A stretch of 32,000 bases of DNA from positions 900,001 to 932,000 of the forward strand of contig NZ_WUUQ01000001.1 in assembly GCF_009831105.1 (NCBI RefSeq), written 5' to 3'. The notes beneath the pieces were generated by a model. The model had not been told where the DNA came from and ran no database searches. It was given only the letters and a program-made list of their open reading frames with translations. Positions within the stretch are counted from its first letter, which is position 1. Each line of letters starts with the position of its first letter. Positions 31,441-32,000 of the stretch are shown here, piece by piece. This DNA comes from Copranaerobaculum intestinale. Its GTDB lineage: Bacteria; Bacillota_I; Bacilli_A; Erysipelotrichales; Erysipelotrichaceae. The position numbers and the translations under genes are program-made.

Positions 31441-32000
31441 TGAGAAAACTTCAAGACCTATGGGCCGTCCTGGACATGGACCGATGGGCGGCGGTGGCCG
31501 TCCGGTTGAAAAGGCAAAGGACTTCTCCGGAACCATTAAGAAACTGATTAAATTTATGCGTCCGCATTATGGAAAGATGCTGATCGGTATCATATTTGCC
31601 GCAATCAGTGTTATTCTGATGATCATTGGGCCAAAAATTCTGGCCAAGGCAACCGATGAGCTGGTATCCGGCTTTTTGCGAGTTGTCTATAAAACCGGAA
31701 GCATCGATTTCGAATATATTTTGCAGATCATCGGTATTCTGATCGGTCTTTATCTGGTCAGCTCGGTTCTGCAGTATGTAATGAGTATCATTATGGCTAC
31801 GGCTACGCAGAAAACAGCATATTCACTGCGTAAACAAATTGCGGAAAAGATCGACCGCATGCCGTTCAGCTATTTTGATTCCCGCCCGCATGGAGATGTT
31901 TTATCACGTGTGACCAACGACGTCGATACGCTGCAGATGTCACTTGGTCAATCACTGTCACAGACTGTACAGTCTGCGATTCAGGTAGTCGGTTATCCGA
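31433..32000 (+). CDS. second ABC exporter permease/ATPase subunit (3' end outside the window)
   Basis: My own translation from ATG 31433 (8-nt overlap, ATGAGTAA): MSNEKTSRPMGRPGHGPMGGGGRPVEKAKDFSGTIKKLIKFMRPHYGKMLIG...FDSRPHGDVLSRVTNDVDTLQ. This is typical of a type-1 exporter TMD. It is missing from the ORF track because no stop codon falls within the window. Confidence 0.85.
   Translation, partial: MSNEKTSRPMGRPGHGPMGGGGRPVEKAKDFSGTIKKLIKFMRPHYGKMLIGIIFAAISVILMIIGPKILAKATDELVSGFLRVVYKTGSIDFEYILQIIGILIGLYLVSSVLQYVMSIIMATATQKTAYSLRKQIAEKIDRMPFSYFDSRPHGDVLSRVTNDVDTLQMSLGQSLSQTVQSAIQVVGYP

Noticed and set aside
1-32000. CRISPR arrays, tRNA/rRNA genes, transposase or IS ends, and toxin-antitoxin or restriction-type defence genes
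   Set aside because: I saw no regularly spaced direct repeats, no cloverleaf-like GC-rich ~75-nt segments, no transposase-like ORFs and no recognisable nuclease, methylase or ATPase defence signatures. The only mobile-DNA signal is the recombinase at the left edge.

Overview
Low-GC Bacillota-type window (GGAGG ribosome-binding sites, rnfCDGEAB gene order). It splits into two parts. Positions 1-13350 are an accessory surface-protein region, and about 13780-32000 are ordinary core genes. ACCESSORY PART: a tyrosine recombinase gene, cut by the window edge, lies next to two 26-nt perfect inverted repeats (552-577 and 935-960). Each repeat has lox/FRT-like architecture, with palindromic arms around an asymmetric GTGT/ACAC core. 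The repeats bracket about 360 bp of AT-rich non-coding DNA and end 26 nt before the first gene of a tightly packed plus-strand gene string, so this looks like an invertible phase-variation switch. The string runs 987-9994 and encodes, in order: an orphan LytTR regulator; a 61-aa protein; a degenerate-GGDEF/intact-EAL c-di-GMP phosphodiesterase carrying the same NTF2-like N-terminal domain as the LytTR protein; a purine-rich leader; a 1054-aa secreted beta-helix protein; a 166-aa membrane-anchored protein; three paralogous secreted proteins of about 150 aa; and a 304-aa tail-anchored protein. The fold of the three small proteins recurs as the C-terminal domain of the giant protein. A second, more AT-rich unit (10244-13258) encodes another tail-anchored beta-helix protein. 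No sortase or LPXTG motif is visible. My lead candidate for an undescribed system is an inverton-gated, c-di-GMP-linked, sortase-independent surface-fibre/adhesin module whose architecture resembles WxL loci but which lacks the W-x-L motif. CORE PART: an AraC-VOC-VOC string followed by a DJ-1/PfpI gene, a NifU-like protein, a divergent PAP2 protein, an S1-domain protein, pgi, YhgE/Pip, apbE divergent from rnfCDGEA, a Cys-rich mini-protein followed by an unusually short rnfB, a GNAT acetyltransferase, and MarR with a heterodimeric ABC exporter. All functional calls come from motif reading by eye; no database search was run.
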